This document shows, piece by piece, positions 48,225-60,060 of a stretch of 64,000 nt of DNA (within the stretch, counting starts at the first letter, position 1; each line of letters begins with the position of its first letter). Source of the DNA: Octopus bimaculoides (taxonomy: Eukaryota); NCBI RefSeq assembly GCF_001194135.2, contig NC_068997.1, forward strand, positions 27,791,858 through 27,855,857, in the 5' to 3' direction. The translations under genes and the position numbers were made by a program. The notes beneath the pieces are model-generated. The model was not told where the DNA came from and searched no databases. It worked only from the letters and a program-made list of their open reading frames with translations.

Positions 48225-49767
48225 GCACACACACATGCACACGCTCATACACACACACACACATATAGATAGATACATATACATATATGTATTTATTTAT
48301 ATACATATATATATGTACATATCATCATCATCATCGTCATCATCGTCTGCTTTCCATGCTGGCATGGGTTGGATGATTTGACTGAGGGCTAGAGAGCCAG
48401 AAGGCTGCACCAGTCTCCAATACGATCTGGCAAAGTTTCTACAGTTGGATGCCCTCCCTAACACCAACCATCCAAGAGTTAACATTCAGACTACTCTTTC
48501 AAATGTAATGCTTATTTACTCACATCATCTTGAATTAATCATGCATTATCTCATAGCTTCAATGACATGATTGTTTATTTTTAGAATGACATTGTAAGGT
48601 AGGTGTAAGAGCCTGGATCTGACTAGTTCGAACATAAAACAGGTAGCTGGATACAGTTGGTTGAATTCCTAAAGAGTTCAACTGAGAGATTCAAGGTTTC
48701 TTGATTCTCTCCATTTAATGCTTTTTATCCATCTCTGGCTCAAAAAATAAAAAAACAACATGTAATGGGATGTAAGTAAATAAGATACCTGGGTTAAGAT
48801 ACCTGGTTTTGTCCTTCCATTATACTCTAGTCTCTCAACACCTGACATTAAACCATCGTCCCCCCCGCCTCTAAAATGCTAATCTCTGTTTAGTTGAGGA
48901 CGATTTTAACTTTTCCTGCTTTTTCCATTTTATGTTCATTTCTTGTTTCATAAATTACTCATAAATTACTTATACAAATGGCATCCAACAGACTCTGTAA
49001 AGGGGTCGGCAACAGAAAGAACATCCAGCTGTAAACTCATGCCACAACTGATATTGGAACTTGATGTAACCCCATGACTCACCAAATCCTGTCAAACTGT
49101 CCAACCTATTCTAGGATAGAAAAATGGACATGAAATGATGATGAGGGTGGTGGTGGTGGTGGTGATGATGATGTTGATGATTATGATAATGATGACTTAA
49201 CCCAATGATAATGGATTTTTATCAGGCAACTAGGTTGCACTGATAGTAATTATCTCAGCCAAGGTTAGCAATTAGCGCATGACAATGGTTTGGCATATAT
49301 TTATGTCAACTGCTTTAAAGTATGCATTGTTTATTTATGTAAACTGTCATCAATGCAAGGACCAAAAAGGACCATCCAGTTGGCACAGCTGGATGCGATT
49401 GTAAATTCCATGAAGGACCAGAAGAATTTGTTGAAATTGCATGAATATGAGAGGAAGTCTTAGTGGAAACGGTGATGTAACCACAAAAACTGCTGCTTTT
49501 TATACAATTATGGTGATGAAGCCTCGAACTGAGTTGGAAATATTTACATGAAGAATCTAACAAACCTATCAGATTCCTTGAAATTTGCATGGTGGCCTTT
49601 GTTATCGATTCTGTGAGAGATAGCAGATGTTTATATCAACTGGTACACAAACAAGTGCATAACCTCAGCCAATAGGGCTGCATATATTTTTGTCATCTGA
49701 TTCAAAGCAAGTACACAGCACACGTAAATTTACATCAACCAATGTTATGGGGTTGGCAAGCCAAGTG

Positions 49768-50033
49768 AGATCGTTGCCAGGGCCCCTGGACTGGCTCTTG
49801 TGCGGGTGGCACATAAAAGACACCATTTCGAACGTGGCCGTTTTCGTGCGGGTGACACGTAAAAGCACCCACTACACTCTCTGAGTGGTTGGCGTTAGGA
49901 AGGGCATCCAGCTGTAGAAACTCTGCCAAATTAGATTGGAGCCTGGTGTTGCCATCCGGTTTCACCAGTCCTCAGTCAAATCGTCCAACCCATGCTAGCA
50001 TGGAAAGCGGACGTTAAACGATGATGATGATGA
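49768..50033 (+). mobile_element. Well-preserved RTE 3' UTR end with (GAT)n tail
   Basis: gtgcgggtggcacataaaagacaccattt...ttggcgttaggaagggcatccagctgtagaaactctgcc...catgctagcatggaaagcggacgttaaacgatgatg. More copies lie at ~1080, 10330, 22195(-), 23500, 25520, 27230, 29660(-), 33500, 35240, 37200(-), 48320(-), 48960, 56600 and 59520. Confidence 0.85.
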
Positions 50034-50078
50034 GATAACAATAGAAGTAGTGGGATAACAGTATTGTAACTAGGGCAA

Positions 50079-50290
50079 GGTGGCAAGCTGGCAGAAACGT
50101 TAGCACACCAGGCAAAATACTTAGCGGTTTTTCATCTGTCTTTATGTTCTGAGTTCAAATTCTGCCAGGGTCGACTTTGCCTTTCATGCTTTCAGGGTTG
50201 ATAAATTAAGTAACAGTTGCGTATTGGAGTCAATCGAATCGACTAGCCCCCTCCCCCCAAATTTCAGGTCTTGTGCCTAGAGTAGAGAAA
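50079..50290 (+). mobile_element. Family-A SINE with a perfect 19-bp TSD
   Basis: agtattgtaactagggcaa lies at 50060-50078 and 50291-50309. Confidence 0.9.
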
Positions 50291-53200
50291 AGTATTGTAA
50301 CTAGGGCAACAGATAAAGCAGTAAATGGCGAAATAGATAATGTAAAAAATGGGATCAAGTACTGAATAGGACAACAGATAAAGTAGTAAGTGAACATATG
50401 TTGTGTATATATGTGTGCGTGAGTGTGAGTGTATGCATGTAGTAGTGTATTTGTGTGGGGGTTTGGGAGGGTTTATATACACATGTGGATGTGTATAGCT
50501 GTGTGGTTGTATGTATATGTGTGTAGCTGCATTTGCATATATGTTGTAGAGTGTGCTTGTGTACATGAGCATGCGTATGTGCATAGATGTGTGTGTTATT
50601 TCTTTACTACCCACAAGGGGCTCACAAATGTAAAAAATTGCAGTAAATGATAAAAGAAATTTTTTTTTTCTTATACCTGATATATATATAGATGTTTTAC
50701 CAAATATATTTCCTGGGTGGTGCCATGATACAAGTTAACTCGTATCATTGGGCAAATTAAGGGTGTCTTTAGTGTTTCCACAACACACTCACAATGTTAG
50801 TTCCAGGCGCCAGTTCATTTTAAGCACGTTACAATAAAATAGACCTCTATGGGTATGTTCATACCTGGCAAAATTGTATAGATTGCCAACTATGAGATAA
50901 CTCGTAGTTAGCAGTCAACATGTTAAACAATGATGATGATGATGATGATGAATGCAAATGTAATTATCTTGTGTATAATACCTTTTATTGTGTTTTGTTA
51001 TGTGCATGGTACCCCAATCCATGGAAAAATTGTCCTCTATAAAACCACTGTAGAGCAAAAGAGGTCAGTAATTGTTGCGCTCCAATATATGAATCACAGA
51101 CCTACTGTGTCTCTTCTCTCTGACACTTCTTCTGATAGTATTGTGGCCTCTGCTCATCATATTAAATTAATCTCCCACTCATTTTACGACGGAGGTGGTT
51201 GCTCAATCTGCGAGAAATAAGAGCCAAAAAAGCAGGCACTTTAGATAAAAGAGGTTAAAGATAAATGCAAAAGAGATAACATTTCGTGAATATTATAGAG
51301 TTACTTCCCTTAACTAAATTTACCTGTGTGAGGAACATTTTATAATGACACTTTTATTCATCCTGTTGTCTGGACGACTCAGAGACTGGAGGCTCGAATG
51401 CAAAAATTATCAGTTCGAGAAAGAGAGAGAGAATATTTTAAAGGTGGTTTCAAAAAGCCTACAAAAGTTAACAAGTAGTTTACTTTCAATGATCTAATTT
51501 ATAGAGCTCACTTTTATCTTTTTTTTTTTATCATCATTTTTAGTTTATAATGTTTCCTATCAACTTCCATCAGTCCGGAATTACCAAAAGACCGGCTATC
51601 TTATATATATAGATAAATATATATAGTAAAAGATATATATATATATATATATATCTTTTACTTGTTTCAGTCATTTGACTGCAGTCATGCTGGGACGCCA
51701 TCTTGAAGTGCTTTTAGTCAAACAAATGGACCCCCCCCCCAGGACTAATTNNNNNNNNNNNNNNNNNNNNNNNNNNNNNNNNNNNNNNNNNNNNNNNNNN
51801 NNNNNNNNNNNNNNNNNNNNNNNNNNCAGTCTCTTTTGCTGAACCTGAGATGTAAACACCAACATCGGTTGCAGTTTCTGAAAATCTTAGAGAAAATATG
51901 AAACTTTTTGTTTCCATGACAATAGTAAAGTAGTTCATATATTCCAATACAGTTGTCTTAGGAATTAAGTCTTTTAATAACAACACAACTCATTGCAGAA
52001 CTTTAATATTTTGTCTTTTAATAACCAAAATAAAAAAAAAAGGAAATACTCACACACACACACACCAGAAGATCTTTAAATAAGAGAAGCTGACTAAAAC
52101 CATTGTCCAGTTTAACACCACCACCACCACCACCACCACCACAACCACCTCTACTACCACCTGGCCATTAGGGACCTTTGGCAGGGTCCATTTTATTGCA
52201 AACCTTTAAACCAGAGGTTAGGTCTAAGAATAATTCAATACTTTAATGAAAGACTTCCTATTTCAAGTGCCCATCAGTCATTATTTTGTCTCTATTTTCC
52301 AGCCCCTACTCTTAAGGGGACTGGTATCCTACATAGAGTAGTGAGACAGATGTTACAATAAATGATGTGCCACCTCACAGATGTAATTTTTCTAGTAATG
52401 GGGCTTCAAGGAACATGGCTAAGTCATTGAATCCAAGATGATCTCCTGTCAGAACTGATTTAAAGTCCAGAGAGAAATATGGAAATGACTTGCCCTTATA
52501 AACCCCTTGAAGATATTTGATCTAATTTATTTCATGAGGGAGAATCAAGTCAGAGTTGTGGTGAGAGTAGGTGGACTATGTTGTGCTGATTCTGTTGCAC
52601 AGACATGTGAATTCAGATCCACAGTACTGAGGATGGGGAAACCCTCCCCCATCTGTTGTCAAAACCACAGCCATTAAAACATCACAAAATGACAATAACT
52701 GTAGCAATATCCCAACCAAATGCAACAGCAGAAGGGGTCAGCTACACTAGCACAACCACTGGCCATAGGGTGGTCAGTGGCACAGAAGTGCCACCACTAG
52801 CCCAAATGACACAACAGTGACTTACTGATGCCCTTCTCCTCTGTCTCTTCATCAATCAATGAAGAAGAGAAAAAGAGATTGAGGTATGAATATGCAGTGA
52901 AGGGAAGAGGAAAAACAAGACCAGTGATGACCCAACACCACTAACCCAGCCCCACCCTATACTTTTATTGACATCTTTAATGTTACACCCCTTAATCAAC
53001 ATCATTAAGTAACCCCTTATCAACATCTATAAAGTTTCACTCTCTTATCAGTACCTCTAAGTACTGTTTGGAGAGGAAAGAAAAGACAGAGAGGGAGAGA
53101 GAGAGAAGTACTATAATTGAGTGAATTTTCTGTTAGTTGAGTGAGAGTGGTGAGTATGACTCAGATGAATGGAGCTGCTTTCAGCATGATTCTGGAGATT

Positions 53201-53755
53201 AATCATCATGGCGGGGGAGGTGGGAGAGCACTGATCCTTTGTAGTAGGTGTAAACCCTGTGAGGTTTTCTGATAAGTCCCAGGTAGCCATCTACTCTTAT
53301 TCCAATGTGTTATTTATACCATTCTCAGTATTTTCCAGGCCTGTAACCTCAATCCCAGGTTCTGTGAAACACCCAGGTTTATATAATTCATTCATGTGAC
53401 ATTCCCTCAATCTTCAGTCTTGTGATGAATAAAGAATTATTGTTATTGTTTAAATTTTCGTTTGGTAAGACAAAACTTGCATAACGAGTAAAAACTCATT
53501 GCTGGTTTTATAGTTTTCAAGGAGTTGATGGGATGTTGTTATTGTTGTTTAGGGCACTTATCTGTGAGCATAGTAGCAGTGGTGAGAGTTGTGGTGGTTG
53601 ATGGAGAGAGAGAAAGGAGGAGTCAGTCAGGCACAGAGAGAGAGGAAAGAAGAAAGAGATATAAGGAGTGAGAGTGAAAGATGGTGGATGGAAGAGGCTG
53701 GAAAGACAGAGACAGGTTACACAGGCAAACACACATACACACACACACAGAGAAA

Positions 53756-53820
<65 letters not shown>

Positions 53821-54325
53821 NNNNNNNNNNNNNNNNNNNNNNNNNNNNNNNNNNNNNNNNNNNNNNNNNNNNNNNNNNNNNNNNNNNNNNNNNNNNNNNN
53901 NNNNNNNNNNNNNNNNNNNNNNNNNNNNNNNNNNNNNNNNNNNNNNNNNNNNNNNNNNNNNNNNNNNNNNNNNNNNNNNNNNNNNNNNNNNNNNNNNNNN
54001 NNNNNNNNNNNNNNNNNNNNNNNNNNNNNNNNNNNNNNNNNNNNNNNNNNNNNNNNNNNNNNNNNNNNNNNNNNNNNNNNNNNNNNNNNNNNNNNNNNNN
54101 NNNNNNNNNNNNNNNNNNNNNNTATATACATACATACATACATACAAAAACACATACTCAAACACATACATGCATTACATAGATATACATGTTTTATATG
54201 TATATATGCATATTACATACGTCTATTTAACTACATGATATAATATTGATATATGTTATACAACATATATATAAATATTATGTATATACATATATAATAT
54301 GTGTATTTATGAATGCATGTGTGTG

Positions 54326-54374
<49 letters not shown>

Positions 54375-54375
54375 A

Positions 54376-54944
54376 TTAGATGTCCATATTTTCAGATAGC
54401 AATTTCGAAGTTGGTAACGAGCCATCATGCATGTCCATTTCTTCTGTCATAATGTCATTCTCCAAATTCTTTATGTTACGATAAAAACTCCTCTTCACAA
54501 AACCCCCATCATTCCAAGAAGTAACTGGCGATGTTTTATTCCTGTTGCTCCTGATAACCATACAGACTGTTATGAGGATTAAAATGCATCCTCCAACTGC
54601 AGACAAACTGATGATCAATGTCTGACTGCTGTTGCCTTTCAAGAACGGTGATGATAGAACTGAATGCTGAGATCCATTAACTGTTACATGTGTTCCAACT
54701 GCTATTGGTGGTGTCGTTACTTTTGGCGTTGTTGATGCAAGTTGATCCATCACAGTTTGTATGATTTTCTTCTGGAGTTCTTTACTAACATTGTTTTTCG
54801 TATGCTCCCCTTTCACAATCCAAATGCTGTCCAAATCTTTACCATCTTGGACTTGTTCCCAGAACAAGTGAGTACAGTTGTACACTGTAAACCTTCCATA
54901 GCTGTTCAACGAGAATTCACTCTGGCGGAATGCTGTCCAATTAC
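54376..54944 (-). CDS. ACP7-like: Terminal coding exon of a purple acid phosphatase (ACP7/PAPL family) with C-terminal stalk, transmembrane helix and cytosolic tail
   Basis: Acceptor ttctttttaattgcag (AG at 54946-54945), phase 1, 188 open codons to TAA. The N-terminal part NWTAFRQSEFSLNSYGRFTVYNCTHLFWEQVQDGKDLDSIWIVK matches the PAP C-terminal domain pattern (W.AFR..YG.GR..v.N.THl..eQV....g..lD..WivK). TM segment LIISLSAVGGCILILITVCMVI (54553-54618) is followed by basic RSNRNK. Orthology is family-level only, and the upstream catalytic exons were not found in the window. Confidence 0.8.
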
Positions 54945-55192
54945 CTGCAATTAAAAAGAATAGAATGATTTAAAAAACAAAACAAAAAGAAACAAAAAAA
55001 AAAACTTAGGTGGTAAGAAGCTTGCTTCCCAACCACATAGCTCCAGGTTCAGTCTCAATATGTGGCACCTTGGGCAAGTGTCTTTTACTTTAGCCTTGAG
55101 CCAACTAAATCCTAGTGAGTAAATTTAGTAGGCAGAAACTGAAAGAAGCTTGTTGTGAATATACATACATTATATATATATATATATACATA

Positions 55193-55786
55193 CATGGTGC
55201 AGTGAATAAATTGTCGTTAAAATTAAATTGAAAATAACACTGACATCTCATTTTAACAGATATATTTACCAAAATTACATTAAAATATCTTGAAATACTA
55301 AAGAGTAAATTTATTCAATAAAATCGCCATTGGCTTCAACCACGGCTTCCAGACGACTTCGGAATCTCCTGTAACTCTTCTGGATGGTCTCCTTGTTTAA
55401 GTTGGTGAATGCTGCCATAATCCTTACCTTCAGTTCATCTTTGGTGTTACAAGGACTTTTGTTGGTCAGTCACTCAGATGCATCCCACATATAATAATCA
55501 AGGGGGTTACAGTCTGGAGACTGGAGAGTTAGGTGGCCAGATGTTAGGGGTGATGTGGTCGCAGAAATTGTCTGACAGTCATGACAAAATTCTCCTGCTT
55601 GTGTGGCATGGTGCAGAGTCCTGATGCCAGACAGGGTCTTCCAACAGACACCCTCTTGACCCAGGGCAGCACTACCTCCTCCAGGTACTTGATGTAGGCC
55701 TCCATGTTGAGTCCGAGGCCGTGTGGGAAGATGAATGGAGGCATAACGATGCCATCACTAATGGTCACTCCAAATACTGTGATGCT
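55193..55786 (-). mobile_element. Tc1/mariner (maT, DD37D-like) 3' half with one terminus
   Basis: VFGVTISDGIVMPPFIFPHGLGLNMEAYIKYLEEVVLPW, then frameshifted QDSAPCH...PNIWPPNSP...PLDYYMW...KDELKVRIMAAF...RLEAVVEANGDFIE* (stop at 55311-55313). The terminus TA-catggtgcagtgaataaattgtc is at 55191. Confidence 0.85.
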
Positions 55787-56110
55787 GTTTTTCTCATAGA
55801 TGGAGCCCAACTGATCCTACTATAATGTATAGTCAACAAACTCAAAAACAAACAATGCACATACGTGAAATTAAAAATATAAAATGGCAACAATTTACTC
55901 GTCGCACCTTATGTATTATGTGTGTGTATCTTTCTGTCTATGTTTGTCTCACCATCACTGGTAAAAATATTTGTTATTCATGCACAAACCTTCTTTTAGT
56001 AGTAGACTGTTATACAGTGAAAGTTTTGTTAGTTACTATGGTGACAACACTTTACCTATCTATCTGTCTTTCATACACACACACACTCTCTCTCTCTCTC
56101 TTACTGTATT

Positions 56111-56144
<34 letters not shown>

Positions 56145-58924
56145 GCTCTCATTCTCTCTCTCTGAATTTCTCAACAACAACAACTTGTCATTATAATGAA
56201 AGTCTTTTTTTAAACTCTGTATTGCCTTGCCTCTATGTTGAAAGGCATAGAGAAACACAGACACATTAGTTACTCGGGTGACAACACTACCTATCTATCT
56301 ATGTATCTTTCACACACACTCTATCTTACTGTATTTCTCTCTTGACAACAACTTCTTTTCCTCTCTTTCTAAATATATTTTGTGACAGGGATTATCTCCC
56401 CATTGATTCCTCTCCTTCTTCTCCTCCCTCACATATATCTTGTAATGGACAGACAGAGGGAGATTGTCTTCTCTTTTATAATATAAGATGTGTGTGATTC
56501 TTGTCTTGATATCGTACTATAGTTATCAGCATTCATTACGGTCACACAAGTGGTATCATTTGTTTGGAATCTTCCAATAAAAACCATGCCTGACCATTAT
56601 CTTATTGATGTTCAAAGATGCAGGAAGCAGTAATACCTTGCTTGGAAACAGGTGAAAATTGATGTCTGGAAGGCTGTCTGGCCATAGAAAATATATTTCA
56701 AAATATTTTGTCTGATCCATGCCGACATGGCAAAGTGGACATGAAAACTGATGATGACAACAATAATTGCCATTTCCATAAAAGATCGAAGATTTGGTCA
56801 AACATTTTCAGGAATTTATCAGGTAAGTATGAGGAATTGGAGTGTAATAACAGTGTGAAATAACTAACAAAAATATATAAATAAATATAACTTATTCTTT
56901 CCCTCATGTATTTTACCATTCCTTCATTTTAGATTAACTGGAACAATTGTTAACTGGAACAATAACAGAACATTTGAAGCAAGATGTTCTAACTATTTAA
57001 ACTGACCAAAAGATAGTTTAATATAGAAGAGAGAACCAATTGCTACAATACATGTAAAAGAGAGCCAAAATCCTTTAGAAAGTAGAAGAATGAAGCCCAT
57101 AGCCTTCTGGGATAAAAGAATAGAGTTAATGAATTAAATGAGTTCAAATTGGAAAAAGAAAATAATACTGTTTCAAATTTCAACAGCAGAACCAAAAAAA
57201 TAAATATTAAAATAAAACAAAACAGAAATGTCACAATCAAGTCAAACAAGGATATCCATCTGTCTGTCTGTCTGTCGGTCTGTATCTCTATCTATACAAC
57301 GGCAAAAGCATGCATGCGAGTGTTAATAAATATATGTGTGCATACATATGTGTGAGTGTGTATGAGAGTGTAGATATATATATATATATANNNNNNNNNN
57401 NNNNNNNNNNNNNNNNNNNNNNNNNNNNNNNNNNNNNNNNNNNNNNNNNNNNNNNNNNNNNNNNNNNNNNNNNNNNNNNNNNNNNNNNNNNNNNNNNNNN
57501 NNNNNNNNNNNNNNNNNNNNNNNNNNNNNNNNNNNNNNNNNNNNNNNNNNNNNNNNNNNNNNNNNNNNNNNNNNNNNNNNNNNNNNNNNNNNNNNNNNNN
57601 NNNNNNNNNNNNNNNNNNNNNNNNNNNNNNNNNNNNNNNNNNNNNNNNNNNNNNNNNNNNNNNNNNNNNNNNNNNNNNNNNNNNNNNNNNNNNNNNNNNN
57701 NNNNNNNNNNNNNNNNNNNNNNNNNNNNNNNNNNNNNNNNNNNNNNNNNNNNNNNNNNNNNNNNNNNNNNNNNNNNNNNNNNNNNNNNNNNNNNNNNNNN
57801 NNNNNNNNNNNNNNNNNNNNNNNNNNNNNNNNNNNNNNNNNNNNNNNNNNNNNNNNNNNNNNNNNNNNNNNNNNNNNNNNNNNNNNNNNNNNNNNNNNNN
57901 NNNNNNNNNNNNNNNNNNNNNNNNNNNNNNNNNNNNNNNNNNNNNNNNNNNNNNNNNNNNNNNNNNNNNNNNNNNNNNNNNNNNNNNNNNNNNNNNNNNN
58001 NNNNNNNNNNNNNNNNNNNNNNNNNNNNNNNNNNNNNNNNNNNNNNNNNNNNNNNNNNNNNNNNNNNNNNNNNNNNNNNNNNNNNNNNNNNNNNNNNNNN
58101 NNNNNNNNNNNNNNNNNNNNNNNNNNNNNNNNNNNNNNNNNNNNNNNNNNNNNNNNNNNNNNNNNNNNNNNNNNNNNNNNNNNNNNNNNNNNNNNNNNNN
58201 NNNNNNNNNNNNNNNNNNNNNNNNNNNNNNNNNNNNNNNNNNNNNNNNNNNNNNNNNNNNNNNNNNNNNNNNNNNTATATATATATATATATGTGGGTGT
58301 GTATGTGTGGGTGTATGTATATATGTGTTTGTGTTTGTGGTTTGTGAAAAAATCCAAATTAAGAAGGAGTTATCAAAAATGGTAAAAAAAAAATGCTGGG
58401 AAACACAAAAGTTAAATAAACTTGCCCGTGTTATTGAAATTTTCCTCAAATGTGGAATTATTATCAACTGAAATAATAAAATGAAAGAAAACGAAATAGA
58501 GAGAGAAATATTAATTTTATGAAGACACAAGACATGCTGTGAATGTTGGAGAAATTTGGTCTTTTTATCAGATGAGCTTGTGGAATTATTGGGAAATGCT
58601 ATAGAAAAACCATGTCTGTCTGTCTCTCCCTAGTTCCTTATTTATAGCTGTGTGGTTAAGAAGCTTGCTTCGTAACTATATGGTTTTGGGTTTAGTCCCA
58701 CTCAGTGGAATCTTTGACAGGTGTCAACCAAAGCGTTGTGAGTGAATTTGGTAGATGGAAACTGTGTAGAAGCCAGTTGTGTATGTGTGTGTGTCCCTGC
58801 TGCCATAACTTGACAATTGGTGTTGGTTTGTTTACACTGCTGTAACTTAGCAGTTTGACAAATGGGATAAAATATGTACCCTGAACTGTAGGTCAGCAGA
58901 GGTAGGTCAGCAGAGGTGGCCAAA

Positions 58925-59517
58925 TCATTGCTCCTCATCTCCCCCTGGCATCCATCTTAACTCCTCACTCTTACTCTAAAGCCAACAAGAAGCTCATTCA
59001 GCTGCCTCTTTCATCCTGCACACAGCCTCCCTTCGCTCCTTTCTTCTCATTCCAATGGCTGTAAGCATCCTCCATGCCAACTGACAAGAGAACCCCCTAC
59101 AGCCAACCTTGACTAGAAAAAGCCATACCTGCCATCCCTTCTCCCTGCAATCCTGCAGAAGGCTCTCATATTTGGCATGCTTCCATTCATGGTCTTCATC
59201 ACACTCCTCTTCCCACAGGACTGTGAGCTCGGTTAAAATAATTTTCTTGGTCTTTTCAACCCACAGAACCGCATCTGGCCTCAAGGTTGCATGGATGACC
59301 TGGGGAAACTGCAGTCTCTCTCCTAGGTCCACCTTTATATCCCATGATTGGGATCCAAGCAGCAAGCTATGTGTCATTTTTGTGGACTTTACTTGCCTCT
59401 CTCCCTCTCTCATGAACTTAATTGCTGCTGTTGCTTTCCACTGATAGTAATATTTCTTAAGCCCTTCCTGCTTATGTAGATGTGAGCAAATGTCTCAAGC
59501 ATTCTATCATGGCACCA
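58925..59517 (-). mobile_element. HERO-like RLE non-LTR retrotransposon 3' relic
   Basis: WCHDRML...WDIKVDLGERLQFP...TLRPDAVLW...KKIILTELTVLWEE..DE..EWKHAKY..L..C..KGW......VGCRGF...EAAE*ASCW...WMPGGDEEQ*. This is the RPD..W...ELTVPWEE...K..KY...VEVGCRGF signature of HERO-clade endonucleases. Confidence 0.85.
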
Positions 59518-59519
59518 CT

Positions 59520-59833
59520 TATGTCCAACTCATATGTATAGCGAGGTCGTTGCCAGTGCTGCTGGAGTGGCTCCCGTGCAGGTGGCACGTAAAATACACC
59601 ATTTTGAGCATGGCCATTGCCAGAACCGCCTGACAGGCCCTCATGCCGGTGACACGTAAAAGCACCTACTACACTCTTGGAGTGGTTGGCGTTAGGAAGG
59701 GCATCCAGCTGTAGAAACTCTGCAAAATCAGATTGGAGCCTGGTGCAGCCATTCGGTTCACCAGTCCTCAGTCAAATCGTCCAACCCATGCTAGCATGGA
59801 AAGCGAACGTTAAACGATGATGATGATGATGAT
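59520..59833 (+). mobile_element. Well-preserved RTE 3' UTR end with (GAT)n tail
   Basis: Near-identical terminus to 49768-50033. Confidence 0.85.
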
Positions 59834-60002
59834 NNNNNNNNNNNNNNNNNNNNNNNNNNNNNNNNNNNNNNNNNNNNNNNNNNNNNNNNNNNNNNNNNNN
59901 NNNNNNNNNNNNNNNNNNNNNNNNNNNNNNNNNNNNNNNNNNNNNNNNNNNNNNNNNNNNNNNNNNNNNNNNNNNNNNNNNNNNNNNNNNNNNNNNNNNN
60001 NN

Positions 60003-60045
<43 letters not shown>

Positions 60046-60060
60046 CACACACACACATAT

